This document shows, piece after piece, positions 40,055-54,239 of a stretch of 64,000 bases of DNA. A model generated the notes under the pieces. That model was given only the letters and a program-made list of their open reading frames with translations. It did no database searches and had not been told where the DNA came from. Location: the NCBI GenBank assembly GCA_951406725.2, contig OX597831.1, positions 7,378,001 through 7,442,000 on the forward strand. The letters run 5' to 3'. Made by a program: the position numbers and the translations under genes. Source of the stretch: Octopus vulgaris (lineage: Eukaryota). How positions within the stretch are numbered: the first letter of the stretch is position 1; the number at the start of each line of letters is the position of its first letter.

Positions 40055-41192
40055 CAGAGTGCGTAAGGTGTTTGTGGACATAACTTTTTGGGGTCATTGC
40101 TGCATTTTTTTGCTAACTCTGTATAATCTTTATTTCAGAAAATAATAATGGCAGACCCTCAGCTTACTCAGGAAATGAGAAAGTATGCTGTCATTGTGGT
40201 TATAAAGGCTGAGCGTAGCGATTTAGAAATATCTCGACTTTTAAAAGTTGCCTGGTCTTTTGTCTTCAAAGTTTGTAAGGCGCAAGAGACCGAAGGTGGA
40301 AACGTATCACCAGTATCAATGCATAAAATGCATTCTAAATGTTCTGAAATCATCAGAACATCTGAATTTATCCAGCAAGTTCAACAGACCATTGATTACA
40401 ATCCCAGAAAGTCCATGAGGTCAATTGCAAAAGATCTCCATGTGTTAGAAGGAACAGTCAAAACTGTTGTCCACGAAGGCAAAAGAAAATCACTGCATCA
40501 GATCTAAAAAGGCTCTTAAACAAACTGAAAAACCCAGCAGAAGAAGATTTGATTTGGTTTTTCTCAAACGAGAAAAACTTCGACTAAGGTCAAAAAGTTA
40601 ACAGAAGAGATGACAGATGGTTATGTGCAGACCCTTCTGAAGTTCCAAGTGTTATGTTCCAAGTGTTATGCATACAAAATTTCCTGCAACTGTCATGGAT
40701 TTAGGGGTTGTCAGCATTGAAGGACATGTAATGCCTCCTTACTTCTTTCTACAAGGCTTTAGAGTTAACTCAACCGCCTACATTGAGGTCCTGGAAATAA
40801 TTATTAAACTCTGAATAAACAGTGTATGCAATGGAAGGCCATGTGTGTTTCAGTAAGGCTCTGCACTATCACATAGATCTCAATCCATTGATCTATTACA
40901 TGTGGAGCGTTGTTGAAAGAGAAGTCAATGAATACGCTCATAACACTAAAGATTCTTTGAAAGCTGCTATAGTCAGAATAATGTCCAAAACGAATCAGGA
41001 CCACTTGATTCGAGTATTTAGATGATTCAGATTTCACAAAAAAGCAATTGTTGAAGCTGAAGGTAGCTTTATTGAATAACATTATGGAAAAAAAGGTTTT
41101 TTTATCCTCATATTATTTTTGATGAAGTTATTATCTGTTATTATATAGTTTTTTTTTCATAAAAATAAATCTGTCCTCAAATATCTTACGTG

Positions 41193-41196
<4 letters not shown>
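40055..41196 (+). mobile_element. Degenerate Tc1/mariner element, DD37D (maT)-like
   Basis: HTH region RKSMRSIAKDLHV, then IWFFSNEKNF, VMHTKFPATVM..GVVS.EG.VMPP, DLNPLIYYMW and AIVEAEGSFIE, with stops. Imperfect TIRs (cgtaaggtgtttgtggaca / tgtcctcaaatatcttacg) are flanked by TA. Confidence 0.88.
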
Positions 41197-41262
<66 letters not shown>

Positions 41263-41397
41263 GGAGTAAGCACATAAATGCGAAACAAGGTGGAACAAAA
41301 AAGGACTCCAATACCAGAGGTAGAGTAATATGCTTTATTTAAAAGTAGCGGAAAATATAACAAAAGCTTTTACTCAGAGTTTCACGTTCCGCACATC

Positions 41398-41438
<41 letters not shown>

Positions 41439-41486
41439 ACAATTGAGGGTAAAATTAATTAATTAATCAATTTCACCAAGTGTTCA

Positions 41487-41532
<46 letters not shown>

Positions 41533-41949
41533 CTGAACGGTCATACATCGTCTTCGATGGGAGAGTCCATCATATGTATGTATACACACACACATACACA
41601 CACATACGATAGTGGTATTCAGCATTGTAAGACAACTCTGCATTCGTCATTTTTATGGTGCTACTACTGCTTGCTACAAGGGCCCCTCGAGCCGACAAAG
41701 GGTAGGAGATATCTTATAAGCCGGAATATCAAGCAAATGTCACTCAATTCAAAGTCTGTTGTCTTCTTTAAAACATGATATCGTATATTTAGAGACACTA
41801 TGACAAATATGTAAACAAATAAGATGAGACGGTCACGTTTGGAACGTCTTAGACCACAGTTTTGCGTGACCAAATCAGACTGATTATTAAAGGCGTTCTA
41901 GTTGAGCAAGAGCGGATGTGAATCTAAATAGCAACAACAGCATGGTCAA

Positions 41950-42385
41950 CCGTATTTCGTCTGCCGCTACGTTCTGAGTTCAAATTCCGCCGAGGTCGAC
42001 TTTGCTTTTCATCCTTTCGGGGTCGATAAATTAAGTACCTATTTCTTTATTACGCACAAGGGGCTAAACACAGAGGGGACAAACAAGGACAGACATAGGT
42101 ATCAAGTCGATTACATCGACCCCAGTGCGTAACTGGTACTTAATTTATCGACCCCGAAAGGATGAAAGGCAAAGTCGACCTCGGCGGAATCTGAACTCAC
42201 AGCGTAACGCAGACGAAATACCGCTAAGCATTTCGCCCGGCGTGCTAACGTTTCTGCCAGCTCGCCGCCTTATAAATTAAGTACCAGTTACACATTGGGG
42301 TCGATGTAATCGACTTAATCCGTTTGTTTGTCCTTGTTTGTCCCTCCCCCCCCTGTGTTTAGCCCCTTGTGGGCAATAAAGAAAC
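41950..42385. mobile_element. SINE family A (minus, 42040-42271) nested in a plus-strand family A copy
   Basis: 14-bp TSD ataaattaagtacc at 42026-42039 and 42272-42285. Confidence 0.93.
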
Positions 42386-42838
42386 AAACAGCAAGGTCAG
42401 CTAGGAACAACAACAACATCAACCAAATGACGCTGATGCCTTTTTTTTTTTCTTTTTGTCAGATCGGAATTAATTGGTTTAGATTCGAGATAATCGTCAC
42501 GTGACAAATTCCTGATCTCCATCGTTAAAATATGCATCACACAGTTTAAACCATCTGTTTACAAAGATGAGCTTAATAATTCATTAACACTATTTGTAGC
42601 GGCCGCCATCAAATATTCAATCATTTACACACACTCACACACGCGCACACACACACACACACACTCACACACACACATACACACACACACACACACACAC
42701 ATACACACACACACACGCACACATACGTAATCCTCATACTTCCAACATTTGCGAGCCTCTTTGCAAATCGTTGTCGGGTCTCAAATGTCACAATCGACAT
42801 AAGTCCCTCATATATATATAAATACATACATACATACG

Positions 42839-42880
<42 letters not shown>

Positions 42881-43212
42881 CACATACACACACACGCACA
42901 CACATGATTAACAAGCTCGTGTTGCGATCACGTGGTTTCGAAATCAGTCCCACAGCATGCCACCCTTGGACAATACACTTCTCCTATAGACCTGGGCTGA
43001 CCAATGCCTTGGGAATGAATTTGTTTGACGGAAACTGTGTAGAAGCCTTTCGTACATACATTTTGTACAATATATATTGTATGTTTGCATGTGTGTGTGT
43101 GTGTGTGTGCGCGCATGCATGTGTGTATGCGTGTATGTAAGTGTGTGTGTGTGTATAAATGTGTGTGTGAGTGTGTAAGTGTGTGTGTGTGTAAGTGTGT
43201 GTGTGTATATAA

Positions 43213-43251
<39 letters not shown>

Positions 43252-44111
43252 TATCTCCTAGCGTCGCTTCACAAGAAATAAGTACTGGGGGCAGTTTGAT
43301 TGACTAAACCCTTCACGGAGGTGCTGCAGCATGGCCGCAGCCCAGTGATTAAAACAAGTGAAAAACAAACGGTAAGAGATAGATAAGTTATTTTGGGATG
43401 CACCAGGCAGCGATTGATACGACTGGTCTAACATTTATAAATGACCACAGAATGCGTGACGTTTGATTGAAGTAACGTCATTTGACTGTGCGTTTCTAAA
43501 CGAACATTGGTTTGGAAGGCAAGTGTAGACCGGTTTGAGGAATGGCGTAAAGTCGACATGTTAGCTTCCACACACTATATTTATTGAACAGGCTTATTGG
43601 ATGGCTCAATATGATGTCTCTGAGATCTGTCATGGAATTGTTCTGCATATATCCTGCATGGATACTGACATGTCTATTTATCAAGAAAATGCTGTTTCCG
43701 TAAACAAAGAGAGCACACACACACACACACTCACTCACAGACACACACACACACATTGAAAAGGTTAGAGAGTTTCACACGAATAAATATGTATTAAAAA
43801 AAAACAAAAAACGAAAAGAAAAATTGCTTTGCAAAGTTTACCATGGCTAAAAGAAAGAAAGCATGTACATTTTTACCAAGATATTCTACCGTTTGCAATC
43901 GTTTTAAAACACCGAATTCGTCACACTGAAATAAAAGTGTATATAGATACGCGTCCACATGTATAAGCAAGCACGCGTACACACAGAGGAAAGCAAGTGT
44001 TACGGAAGTAATGGTTCCGCGTTACGGAAATAATGGAAATCTTGCTGTAATACGGAATCCCGTAATGCGAAATTAAATTTTCCCATTGATTTTCACGTTA
44101 GAAAGTGAGTA

Positions 44112-44540
44112 GGATCTTTTCGGTTTGACCGGCAGTTTTTTCTAGCGGTGTCATATGAAATTGTCACCCATAATTATGACCCTAGTATCGATCTATTGCA
44201 TTTCAATCTGTTTTAGGGTTAGGGTTAGTTAGGGTTAGGGGTGGGGGGAAGTGTATCTTTTTTTCTTCAGAAATGTAAATGAACCCAATCTATTTCTTAA
44301 ACGAGAGACGTATTCATACGGCACAGAATGCTTTCACCTCAATAGACGTCATTGATTGGTTGAAATTGCAGAAATTGAAGAAAAAAAACAACAAATATCT
44401 TACAAACTATAGAATTTTCTCAATAAAGCCAAGAGAAAAAGATGTTTTATAAACACAATCTACCAGTATACGAAGTTTTAAAAGTGTTTAGTTACGTGGA
44501 AATTATTTTAAAAAAACTGCCTGTCAAACCGAAAAGATTT
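44112..44540. mobile_element. MITE with about 30-bp TIRs, an 8-bp TSD and an internal (TTAGGG)n tract
   Basis: TIRs ggatcttttcggtttgaccggcagtttttt / aaaaaactgcctgtcaaaccgaaaagattt. TSD agtgagta at 44104-44111 and 44541-44548. Confidence 0.9.
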
Positions 44541-45263
44541 AGTGAGTATGTCACGACGGCTTTTTTTCGGAAACACCACCAACATGGAATAAAGTACCTT
44601 GCCCGGGGACACAACACACTGCCAAAAATCGAACTCACGGCCTTGTGATTGTGAGCCAAATTCCCCTGACTACTAATCCACGTGCCTTCACATATTACAT
44701 TAAATCTATGACAAAATAAATCTATTGTCACATTTGGTCCCATGGTAGATATTGCAAGCGTTTACTGTTTTAGCAATGTGACTGTTATTTGTTCCTCCCA
44801 CTTCAAACCATTTTTATAACATCAAATTAAATATCCAGTATAATTCATTTATGCTTCCTTTTCGCACTTCGGCCTTCAGTTCCATTTGATGGCTTCTTTC
44901 TAGACATCTTGAATTGTAGGCAAATCCAACAACAGCGGTGATCAATAATTGTCCACAAACATAAGCAGTAATAAAAAAAATCATCACGAAGGAAATGTTT
45001 TATGAACACAAAAAAAAAAATTGTCTCAATCCAATGGATGTAAAAGTGGAAATGGAAAAAAAACAACGAAAGGCTTAAAGAGGGATATGGGAAGAATTAC
45101 TGTATGGTTACAGTTATTTGAAGGGTTACCAGGTTCCTGAGTTCTTCGCCCCAACACCAGTGAACTGGGCCATAAGAATTCCACATAGTAATAACTCACA
45201 TAGGCAAGCGGACATGCACTTCTGTTTAGAGATACATTTACAGCTACAGACATTGTTATCATG

Positions 45264-45655
45264 TTACTCTTTACTCTTTTACTTGTTTCAGTCATTTGAC
45301 TGTGGCCATGCTGGAGCACCGCCTTTAGTCGAGGAAATCGACCCCAGGACTTATTCTTTGTAAGCTTAGTGCTTATTCTATCGGTCTCTTTTGCCGAACC
45401 GCTAAGTTACGGGGACGTAAACACACCAGCATCGGTTGTCAAGCGATATTGGGGGGACAAATACAGACCCACAAACACAAACACACACACACACATATAT
45501 ACGACAGGCTTCTTTCAGTTTCCGTCTACCAAATCCACTCACAAGGCTTTGGTCGGCCCGAGGCTATAGTAGAAGACACTTGCCCAAGGTGCCACGCAGT
45601 GGGACTGAACCCGGAACCATGTGGTTGGTAAGCAAGCTATATACCACGCAGCCAC
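45264..45655 (-). mobile_element. SINE family B
   Basis: Matches 16915-17325. Confidence 0.92.
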
Positions 45656-45974
45656 ATTTTTGTTGTCAGTTGGTTATTAAAAAGTCGGTGAATCGGTAGT
45701 ACTGTTGATTAGGGTTAGATTTGGTGTTAGTGATGGTGGCCGTAATTGTATCGTTGCTCCTGTTTCATCCCACGTTGATCCCCATTGACCCAAGATCAAA
45801 GATCATTCATACTTAAAATTCATGTAACTATTATAGATGGTGCTGCTTATCTTCTTCATAATATTGTTGCTGCGGTTGTTGTTAGCCATCAAGGAGTTGG
45901 CGGCTTGGTAATGACGATAGGTCGATTGGTTTCGGTGGAAGGTAGTAAATAATGGTAAAGATGGGTGATGCAAC

Positions 45975-46565
45975 CATCCATCTATCCATCCATACATACA
46001 TACATGCATGCATGCATACATACATACATACATACATACATACATACATACATACATACATACATGCATACATACATACATACATACATACATACATACA
46101 TACATACATACATACATACACACATACAAACATACATACATACATACATACAAACATACATACATGCATGCATACATACATACATCCATCCATCCATCCA
46201 TCTATCCACCCATACATACACACACACGCATACATACATACATACATACATACATACATACATACATACATACATACACGCATGCATGCATACATACATA
46301 CATACATACATACATACATCCATCCATCCATACATACATACATACAAACATACATACATGCATGCATACATACATACATCCATCCATCCATCCATCCATC
46401 TATCCACCCATACATACACACACACGCATACATACATGCATATATACATACATACATACATACATACACGCACGCATGCATGCATACATACATACATACA
46501 TACATACATACATACATACATACATACATACATACATACATACATACATACATACATACATACAT
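45975..46565. repeat. Complex (CATA)n/(CATC)n array with an internal block duplication
   Basis: Seen directly. The block tctatccacccatacatacacacacacgca occurs twice. Confidence 0.95.
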
Positions 46566-46986
46566 GCTGAAAGGATTATCTTGTCGATGAAAGAGCCTTG
46601 TTTCTGGACCAGGAACCTGCGTTTCCTGCATTAATAAATAATTGGAAAAATCGAGCCAGGAATTTATGTGTTTCTGTTTAGATGTTGAGATACAATATAT
46701 GCAATTTTAATGATTACGTATATGAAGAAAACCTGCATACATTTATATCCATTTATGTTCAAAAAAATATTTCAGATAAATGGTATCGTTGCCTCCTCAA
46801 ACACACTGCGTTTCACGAAAAGACGGTATGGCCACGTCTATGCAAACCAAACAGCTTGTACCTGATTCCTCGAACTAACAGATATAGCAGCCAGATCTCG
46901 TTTTAAATCAAACCCTACCGTCTTCAGAATATAAAGAAGGTCACACATCATATAATGTAGTCTAAGGTATACTGTGTTTGAATAAA

Positions 46987-47116
46987 AGGCGTGGTGGTTA
47001 CCTCTAATCCTAGGTGTTTTCAAGCACCTCTAATCCTAGGCGTGGTGGTTACCTCTAATCCTAGGTGTTTTCAAGCACCTCTAATCCTAGGTGTTTTCAA
47101 TCAGCTCTAACCTAGG
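46987..47116. repeat. Short minisatellite, 51-bp period, with acctctaatcctagg subrepeats
   Basis: aggcgtggtggttacc occurs at 46987 and 47038. The core occurs 4 times plus one degenerate copy. Confidence 0.88.
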
Positions 47117-48587
47117 GTTAAATAACAATAACAACAAATATTTCTTTCCAAGCGAATAAGGGGAGTAAGCGTTATATAGGTGGTCACAAGACATGATTGA
47201 AAGAGCAGTGAAATCTCTCTGAAACCAAGCCCAACATTTAAACATAAGATGGCACACCTTGCCACGAACGGAATTCTTTTAGGTTCCATCAAGGATGCAC
47301 AGGTCTGCTCGGTCAGAGATAACCAGAAACCAAAACAACACAATAGTTTCCTTTGTCTAAGTTCATTTGACTTTTGTAGATTTTGTTTAGGGTGAAAGAA
47401 TTTCGCCATTTATTTTTACATCGTTGAAATTAATGAGTGGTTAGCATGTAGAAATGGTTCTTCCATTAGCTGTCTTTCGAAGCATTCTTAGACAACGGAG
47501 ATTTGTATCGCCTTCAACCATTGATGGTCCAGTGTCGAGTGTCTTTTAAAGGAAGTTTTATTTCTTGAAAATGTTTATTTAAACATGTAAAGTGTCATGG
47601 TACTTGAATGGAAAAGATTACTACTAAGGCGAAACTTCCCATCGGAACTTGTCTGTTACTGGATCTCTGTCACCAACACGGTACCACGGAAATGAAAAAT
47701 ATCTAGTTTCCTGTTCAAATCTATTTTATCCATTAATATTTCATACTAAATACTCCATGCTGATACGATTTATTCTTATGTATATTCGGTTACAAATATA
47801 TAAGAAATGTGTGAAGATCAACTTGATACAAGTAGTTATGATAAAGCTGCATTCCTTATATCTAACGATGTATGTATATGCAAAGAAACACACACACACA
47901 CACACACACACAAAGATATATACAAATACATCTATGCTCCGGGAATATGTGTACTTCGTGAGCTCCAAAGACCTGGATTGTCTCGCCTTTGAACCCTAAG
48001 ATTCTCACCCATCATTAGGCCGAGTATGTTCTGCGGTTGAAGAGTGAACGACACACAAAATGGCTTCTCTACAACGAACTGGAAATTGTGAACGTAAGCC
48101 TCATCAAAAATATGAACCACATAAAATGTATATCCTGAAAAGAACTGCTCAGGATGAGTGCAAGAAACTGAAGACGGCTGATGGTAAATCGGAAAAGTCG
48201 GAAGAAATTCTATTATGAAAGGATACAACATATTTTAGAATAAATGGCAGCTTCAGTATCCCAAGGTGAAACAAACCTTACGCGAAGGTATTTCCTTAAA
48301 TCTGCTTGATTAATGCGAAAAGCTGAAAGTGTAACAGCTGTGAATACGTTCTTCTGTGGACAGCAGTTTTCTCAGTGTCTTGAGCAGTGATATTTTATGG
48401 AGTCGTTGGTTGTGATCGGTCAAAAGGTCACCATTGGATTCACGACCATTATTGCTCTCAGTCAATATGGATGACTCATCAGACGTACCTCTATTAGTAA
48501 AGATGAGTGGCCCGTATTGCTGAGAGCAACAATTGACGTGAAGATAATGGTAACTTTATGACCAGCCATAACCAACAACTACATAAT

Positions 48588-48618
<31 letters not shown>

Positions 48619-48751
48619 CACACACACACACACGCACACACACACACACATACACGCACGCACACACACACACACATACACGCACGCACACACACACACA
48701 CACACACACGCACGCACGCACGCACGCACGCACACATTTGTATAATACATG

Positions 48752-49585
48752 TACGTGCTTTTATCAAAAAGTTCCCGGACTAGTTCTGTAGCGCGCCAAC
48801 AGATGGCAGCACACGGTTGCGTGCGCAGTGAGAGCGAGCAGGGACTTTCATGAGGCAGCGTGCCGTGACATTGCTTTGTTTACTTCCTAAGTTTTGAAAT
48901 TTGTGTTTTTGCGATCACGTGTCTGCTGTAGTCTGCGACTTTGTCATGGACAGGAACAAAGAACCAACGAGAAATTTTGCGTTGCACTTGGGAAGTCTGC
49001 TACAGAGACGTTGAGTATGCTTCGGCAAGCTTACGGCGACGAGGCAATGGGTCGTACTCAATGTTTCGAGTGCCGAGGGAAGCTCAAAAGCGGAAGAACA
49101 TCCCTGGAAGTGGATGAGCGATCGGGAAGAGCTGCCCCTGTCGTCAACCCCGGAAATGTGGTATTGTGCATGGAGAATCCGTCCCCCAGGGCCACACCGC
49201 CAATCGAGAGTCCTACTGCGACGTTTTGGAGCGTTTGAAGAAGGACGTTCGGCGAAAGTGAGTGAATCTGTGGAGCACAAAGAATTGGATTCTTCACGAT
49301 GACTTCGCACCTTGTCACCGAGCTCTCCTCACCATCAATATGGTATCACCTCCGCACACGACCTGTTCACGAGATTTAGCACCTATGGACTTCTATCTCT
49401 TCCCCAAGATGAAAATACAGCTCAAAGGTCACCGTTTTAACACCATTGTCGAGGTTATGAGTGAATCGACTCGCTTACGGAAAACGACTCCAAGGCCGGA
49501 TTCCAAAAGTGACGAGAACGCTGGGACCGGTGTTTTGCTGTGCAAAGTTACTATGTCGAAGGAGATGATGTTAAAACTTTTATAT
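48752..49585 (+). mobile_element. Degenerate mariner (DD34D-type) transposon
   Basis: Frameshifted peptides EQRTNEKFCVALGKSATETLSMLRQAYGDEAMGRTQCFE, WILHDDFAPCH (HDNA motif) and SRDLAPMDFYLFPKMK (SPDLAP-D motif). Confidence 0.92.
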
Positions 49586-49776
49586 TTTTTATTATCGTAC
49601 ATCTTACATTCGGTATAAGCAACCCAAAATCGTATTATTTTCAATATTTTTCTCTTTTTAAACTTCACCCTCCAATTTTCCTCTTTTTTACTTCCGCGAA
49701 AATATTTTCTGCAGTAAAAACTTTTTAAACCACATCAGAGAAAACGAAAGCATTACACTTAGGCTTTCTCGTACAT

Positions 49777-49865
<89 letters not shown>

Positions 49866-50689
49866 TGGAAAAAGTGAGAGATGAATATGTGTGCGTGTGT
49901 GTGAGTATGTGTATGTTGAATTATACATAAGTTTTTCTTTGGTGTTAACATCTTATTTTCTTCGAATGTTTTTTTCTTTGCTGTTGTTGAATCCATTGCA
50001 AGCCACACTCCTCCTCCGTGCAATGCGAGTTTCTTGTTTGTCTTTCTTCATTTGTATTGAATAGCTTGCAGTTGTGAGGTGTTTTTTCGAAGGGACAACA
50101 ACAATTATGAAAGGAATATGTATTTAGTATTGGAAGGACCGGCAAAAACTACTTAGAAATCGAGATAATACGAAACAAATTTCATTTTACGTATCGTTAT
50201 TTTTTTCGTTTCAGGAACAAAAATTTTCTTTGTTTTTACTTTTTTCTGATAATTTTTATATTTCTGCATGAGTATTGAATAAAATGGAAGGTTTAGACAA
50301 AAGGAGGAGAGAATGGTGAGAGGCAGAAACATTGGAAGGAAATAAAAAAGACAGAAAGAGTAAAAGAGAAGGAAAGAGAGACAAGGGAGAGAGAGTGTGT
50401 GTGTATGAGAGAGAGATAGAGAGGAAGGAAGAGAATACATTTTTGTGTTGGTGGGAAAAGTAAAGTGTGTTTCATTGTGAAAATCAAATTCCAAATAACA
50501 AGTCATATATTTCGTATTTTAGATGAAGCTTTGAAGAGAATGTAATAAAGCCAAGAATAAGCACGTGACCCAATCTGTGAACCAAAAACTGGAATTCGTT
50601 GGAGAATGTTTGTGAAAAGTTTGATGTTAACAGGTTAAGTTTTTCAGACGTGAACACGGCTAACAACAAACTCACCGCATTGGATGGAA

Positions 50690-51069
50690 GCACTCCGTCG
50701 GTTGCGACGATGAGGGCCCCAGCTGATACGATCAACGGAACAGCTTGCTCGTAATATTAACGTGCAAGTGGCTGAGCACTCCACAGACACGTGTACCCTT
50801 AACGTAGTTCTCGGGGATATTCGGCGTGACACAGAGAGTGACAAGGCCGGCCCTTTGAAATACAGGTACAACAGAAACAGGAAGTAAGGGTGAGAGAAAG
50901 TTGTGGTGAAAGAGTACAGCAGGGATCACCACCATTCCTTGCCGGAGCCTCGTGGAGCTTTAGGTGTTTTCGCTCAATAAACACTCACAACGCCCGGTCT
51001 GGGAATCGAAACCGCGATCCTACGACCGCGAGTCCGCTGCCCTAACCAATGGGCCATTGCGCCTCCACT
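50690..51069 (-). mobile_element. Chimeric SINE: family D head plus family C 3' body
   Basis: 50870-51069 matches the head of 9355-9751. 50700-50870 matches the body of 16132-16312. Confidence 0.88.
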
Positions 51070-51484
51070 GCTCACAGCATTATCCGTGTGGCGGTTGATT
51101 AATTTCCTGTTTAATTAAAGGGTTCTTTGATAAATGCTTACTTGCTTGCCGTTTTATTTGAATTTTTATGAAGTTTCGGTACTTCGCCTTCTTCACAAAC
51201 ATCTCAACGTTTTGGACTCTGGGATCTGAAAAGTCGAATTAGGTCTCGGATTCAGATGGAAGTAACTCGTAGTGGAAGACATGTTCATCGGAAAGGAAGA
51301 GATTGAGTGTAGAGGGACGACTTGAAAGGGGTCCGAACAAATATTGTTTAAATAGCTCTCAAGTTATTCATTCCATGTGTTTTAAAGTGCCCGACTTGGT
51401 TTAGCAAGTGCAGATGACTATGAGAAGCTTACTGCCCTCAAACAAGAGGGAAATTATTCTGCTATTATTTGAGAATCGCCTAAA

Positions 51485-51866
51485 AACGGGGATTCTCAAT
51501 AATGTTATCGAATGCTTTTGATCAGATGCGTCGATGCAATGGCACAAGACTGGGGTTTGAGACGCTTATGGCACATATCATCGAAACTACTATTCTTACT
51601 GAGAGCAGGAAAAAAGAATATACAATTCTATCCAGAATCCCACTCGTTTCAATAGTCTTATCTTTCCGATTTAGAACTTTTCAGTTTCTACAACGCAATA
51701 AGTTTTACTATGTCAATCAATAATTCCCAAGAGCAGGCACTGACAAATTCTACGTTACTGATGGTTAATTTTATGGAGGATACTCAAGAGTTGGAAGCTC
51801 CCTAAATAGTTTTATTTATGCTCTAATTGGTAAAGCCCAAAATATTGTATATCCTGAGGGTCTGAC
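51485..51866 (+). mobile_element. Helitron RepHel PIF1-like helicase C-terminal relic
   Basis: Degenerate motifs CNGTRL...HIIETTILT...RIPL...FRTFQF, MSINNSQEQ (MSINKSQGQ), YSRVG and NIVYPE. Confidence 0.88.
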
Positions 51867-52208
51867 ATGGCAATGTTCATAATTGCCAAGACAGAGTAAA
51901 TAGGAACAGAGTAAATATCCTACATATTGTGACCCGTAGCAACTCTTGATATCATTTCTTTATCACGGCATCCCTGGAAGTCTCAGTTATTTGGATGGGT
52001 GAGATTCCTCTGGCCATTCCTAGTTTTCAGACGTGTTAAGAATAACTATATTTCCGTTGGTACTTTACCAATCGATACTTCGGTTTATACTTATTTCTAT
52101 AAAATATTTTAAAAATTAATAATTTTCAGGAATAAAAAGATAATGTATTCATTAATAGTTTCAAATGGAGTAAAACTATTTTCACAATTACTTAACCCTG
52201 TTTTCTGG

Positions 52209-52247
<39 letters not shown>

Positions 52248-52304
52248 TATATTGAGAGAGAGAGAGAGAGAGAGAGTAAGAGAGAGAGCTGAATCAAATT
52301 GATA

Positions 52305-52338
<34 letters not shown>

Positions 52339-52470
52339 GATACATATATGTGTGTGTGTGTATATGTACATATACACGCACAGACTTATGTATGTATATA
52401 TGCATATCTTTATATGTATTCATATATCTTGATATATATATATATATACATATATGATACATGTATACTT

Positions 52471-52506
<36 letters not shown>

Positions 52507-52520
52507 ATATATATATATGC

Positions 52521-52551
<31 letters not shown>

Positions 52552-52599
52552 TGCATATGTATGTCCATTTGTATCGTTCACTGTAATCCGGTTGAATAC

Positions 52600-53660
52600 A
52601 ATGGATCACCATTCCGATCATTTTTGTCTATGTAGATTTTCCATTTTCTCTCTTCTTTCCCCTTTCATTTTATCCTCCATTAAAAGTCTGTCTAATCCAG
52701 TTTTCCAATTAAGTGTCCAAAATATTTAAGTTTTCTTTCTTTGATGTTGTCCAATAAAATATTATTACTCATTTCCCGTCTTGATATTTCATCATTGGTC
52801 CTGTGTTCTGTCCATGATATTCTCAAAACTCTTCCATATGTACGTATCTCAAAGACATGTTAATCTACTTGATAATACTTTGTTAATTTCCATATTTCAC
52901 TTCCATACGGCAAAGTGCATCATACATGACACCTTAATTATCTTTTTTTCCCTCTCCACATTAATGTTTCTTGATGTCAGAATGTTTCACAACTTCTCAT
53001 TTCAATTTCAAACCATCTCAATATTTCTGTTGCTTTCTGCTTCACATTTCCCCACCTTTTTCCGATTGCATATATTCCAGGTATATTATCTTTCTTGTCT
53101 ATACAATTGGCTTCCTTCAATTCTAATATTTATTTTTGTGACTGTTGTTCCTTGCAGATTACCATAGATTTTATTGTCATCACATCCATTTTCATTCCAT
53201 TCTGTGGGACGTATCTATTGAAAGTCAGAAAAGCAGTGTGGTCTACACACGTGATACTGTTCATATTACGACCTTCAGTTCGTATTCTTTGTATGTCTTC
53301 TGTTTTTCTGAAGACTTCCTCAGTGAAAAGGTTGAATACGTTTGAGGATGGAACACACATTGTCTGACTCCTTCATCTTAAATTCTGTAGCTTTATCCCC
53401 TTGTTCACTTGTTCTGTAGCTTTATCCCCTTGTTCAGTTCTTACCCCTGCTTTTTGTTCTCAGAGCATTTAAATATTATTTGGCAGTATTTATCAAACGC
53501 CTTCAGATATACGTTTGATTATCCTTGGATGGTTTATTCTGTCAAATCCCTTATTTTCACCTGTAAGGCAGTTCATAATTAGAGCTCTTTCACGTCTGGA
53601 CCTCAGGTTACGTATTTACTCGCCAGTTCCAATTCCTGGTCCAAAGCCACTTTACGATTG
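52600..53660 (-). mobile_element. Highly decayed RTE-like reverse-transcriptase remnant
   Basis: VRQ.CVPSSNVFNLFTEEVFR...NMNSITCVDHT resembles VRQGC-LSP-LFNLY-E...NIN-IRYADDT. Confidence 0.65.
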
Positions 53661-54239
53661 ACTTTGTTCATTTTTTTCTGTAATTCTTTGTTAAAGGCGA
53701 CGGATTGGCAGAGTTGCGATTCCTCGCCGTATTTATTCCAATGCACTAAGTTCAAATTTCACCGTGGTTAGTTTTGCCTTTGATCCTTTCGGGATCAATA
53801 AAAATAGCAATCAAGAGCAATGGATTGATTAAATACTTTGAGTAATTCGTTCTGGCATTCTCCGTTCTGACAGCAACTCGTTCGATGACACTGGTGCCAA
53901 GTTACATCAGCCCAAATCGGAGGCATTCTCCTTAAATAAACATCGGCAGTGTGTGGAAGGGAGTTTTAAATGCATGGCAACTATTAGTCTTACTCGGAAA
54001 AGTCTTGCCTAAGCCTGCACAAACATGTACAGATGCAGGACCAGTACTGATTGACCGAATCCCTTTTACATGTTGAAACTCATTGTCCGAATATTGCTCT
54101 TCGTCTTTATTGTCCAGATTGAATCTGTTGCAAGTCACATGACTTTGAATAAGTTCCCTCACGGATAACAATATTAACCTTTGTTCCGTTTTCCAGTTGT
54201 CTTCAGATGTTCTTTACCCTAAGACACACATATCCTTAA

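Noticed and set aside
44213-44240. True telomere or chromosome-fusion site
   Set aside because: It is only about four units and is internal to a TSD-flanked MITE.
51485-51866. Host PIF1 helicase gene
   Set aside because: It is frameshifted, has stops, and is an isolated Helitron-type fragment.
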